Part shown: positions 63,022-64,000 of the stretch, piece by piece
Position numbering within the stretch: position 1 is the stretch's first letter
Layout of the letters: each line of letters begins with the position of its first letter
Source: Albugo candida
Taxonomy: Eukaryota
DNA: 64,000 bases
Assembly (NCBI GenBank): GCA_040437565.1
Contig: JBDOQK010000010.1
Coordinates: 186,001-250,000, forward strand
Direction of reading: 5' to 3'
Made by a program: the position numbers and the translations under genes
Notes under the pieces: generated by a model
The model's database searches: none
The model's input: only the letters and a program-made list of their open reading frames with translations
Told to the model about the DNA's origin: nothing

Positions 63022-63745
63022 TTGCATACAGGCGGTGGAGATACGTCCAGCGTTACCGTCAGAGTCGTCTCTAACATATTGATTACGGTACGATGAAGAC
63101 ACTAAGGCTCTGACCTATTCGACAAATCGGTGATGTCCTCCAAGCAGAGCGATGAAAGAATCGATTCGATACAACCACAAAGCTCTCAAGTCTTCCAATA
63201 GTTTATCCGTCATCCAATTATACCAAATAAGACTTATTTTGAATTATCGATGTGGCAAAATGAAATTCTTTTCGGTATTTATAGGAGAATTCACCTCAGA
63301 GGAGTCTCTTGCATTGCTGGAATAGCTTCCTGTGATATTGATATCGACTGGTGCAAATGCCTCCGGGATCAAATGATCGACATCGGCTAAAATGGAAGCG
63401 ATCGACATATCATATCCGTTCGTCGACATGGATCGAGATCGGTCAATCGCTGACGCTTCCTTCCCTTTATTTAGTGATACATCCTACACGTATGGACTAA
63501 GATCATGCCCCAACTATGTATCACATTCTCACTACCGATGCGCCATTTTGATTATCATGCGGTTGTCGTAGACCACACAATGAAATGGACATACCCATTG
63601 TGGTGTACCGCTACGGGCTATAGTTTTCATCCCATTTAATACCTCGAAAATATGACGATATATATTACGTCGACTGCCATATACCCTTCTGTTCGCATCG
63701 CTCATTATCTATAAAGTATTACGTATCGTACACAATGGGTCTGTA

Positions 63746-63856
63746 TTCAAGCACAAGTATCTAAAGTTGAATGCTTCTGAACGGATGCGTTGATAACACA
63801 GCCAATTATCAACGTATCCGTTCAGAAGCATTCAACTTTAGATACTTGTGCTTGAA
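63746..63856. repeat. Long inverted repeat (51-bp arms, 9-nt loop)
   Basis: 63746-63796 and 63806-63856 are reverse complements with one mismatch, which would be a G-U pair on the + strand. Confidence 0.95.
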
Positions 63857-64000
63857 ATTGGCTGTGTTGAGAATGCGCATCGGTAATGCCAATTGGTACT
63901 GCACGTTTACATATCCAAACGTTTCTTTATGTGGACTACACAAAGACATGGGTTTTCATTCAGCCGACTGAGGAAGACGGTCAGGCGATACGCGTGAAGT

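Overview
This is a eukaryotic, intron-containing draft scaffold with twelve 100-N gaps. Gene content (START-FYVE, EDR2-like, large NAD-GDH, ciliary genes) and the short introns point to an oomycete, plausibly Albugo; that assignment is inference. The window has two compartments. Positions 1 to ~17 kb are gene-poor and hold decayed Ty1/copia elements, a LINE relic, a TIR-bounded Tc1/mariner element and a diverged 1.6-kb duplication containing a possible degenerate CCG-type effector. Positions ~18-64 kb are very gene-dense: BBIP1, a 4-TM protein, APEH, BRF1, TMEM17-like, MCC alpha, MED9, a coiled-coil protein, DBP5, a PDZ protein, START-FYVE, GDH2, a pseudo-calpain, EDR2-like, a tetraspanin, PhoD and an F-box protein. 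BBIP1 and MED9 are absent from the ORF track and TMEM17 is only partly captured; I reconstructed all three by hand. The best non-coding candidates are a twin hairpin with telomere-repeat motifs at 51.65-51.75 kb and a 51-bp-arm foldback at 63.75-63.87 kb. Most duplications flanking the N gaps look like assembly artefacts. All family assignments come from motif recognition by eye; no database searches were run.
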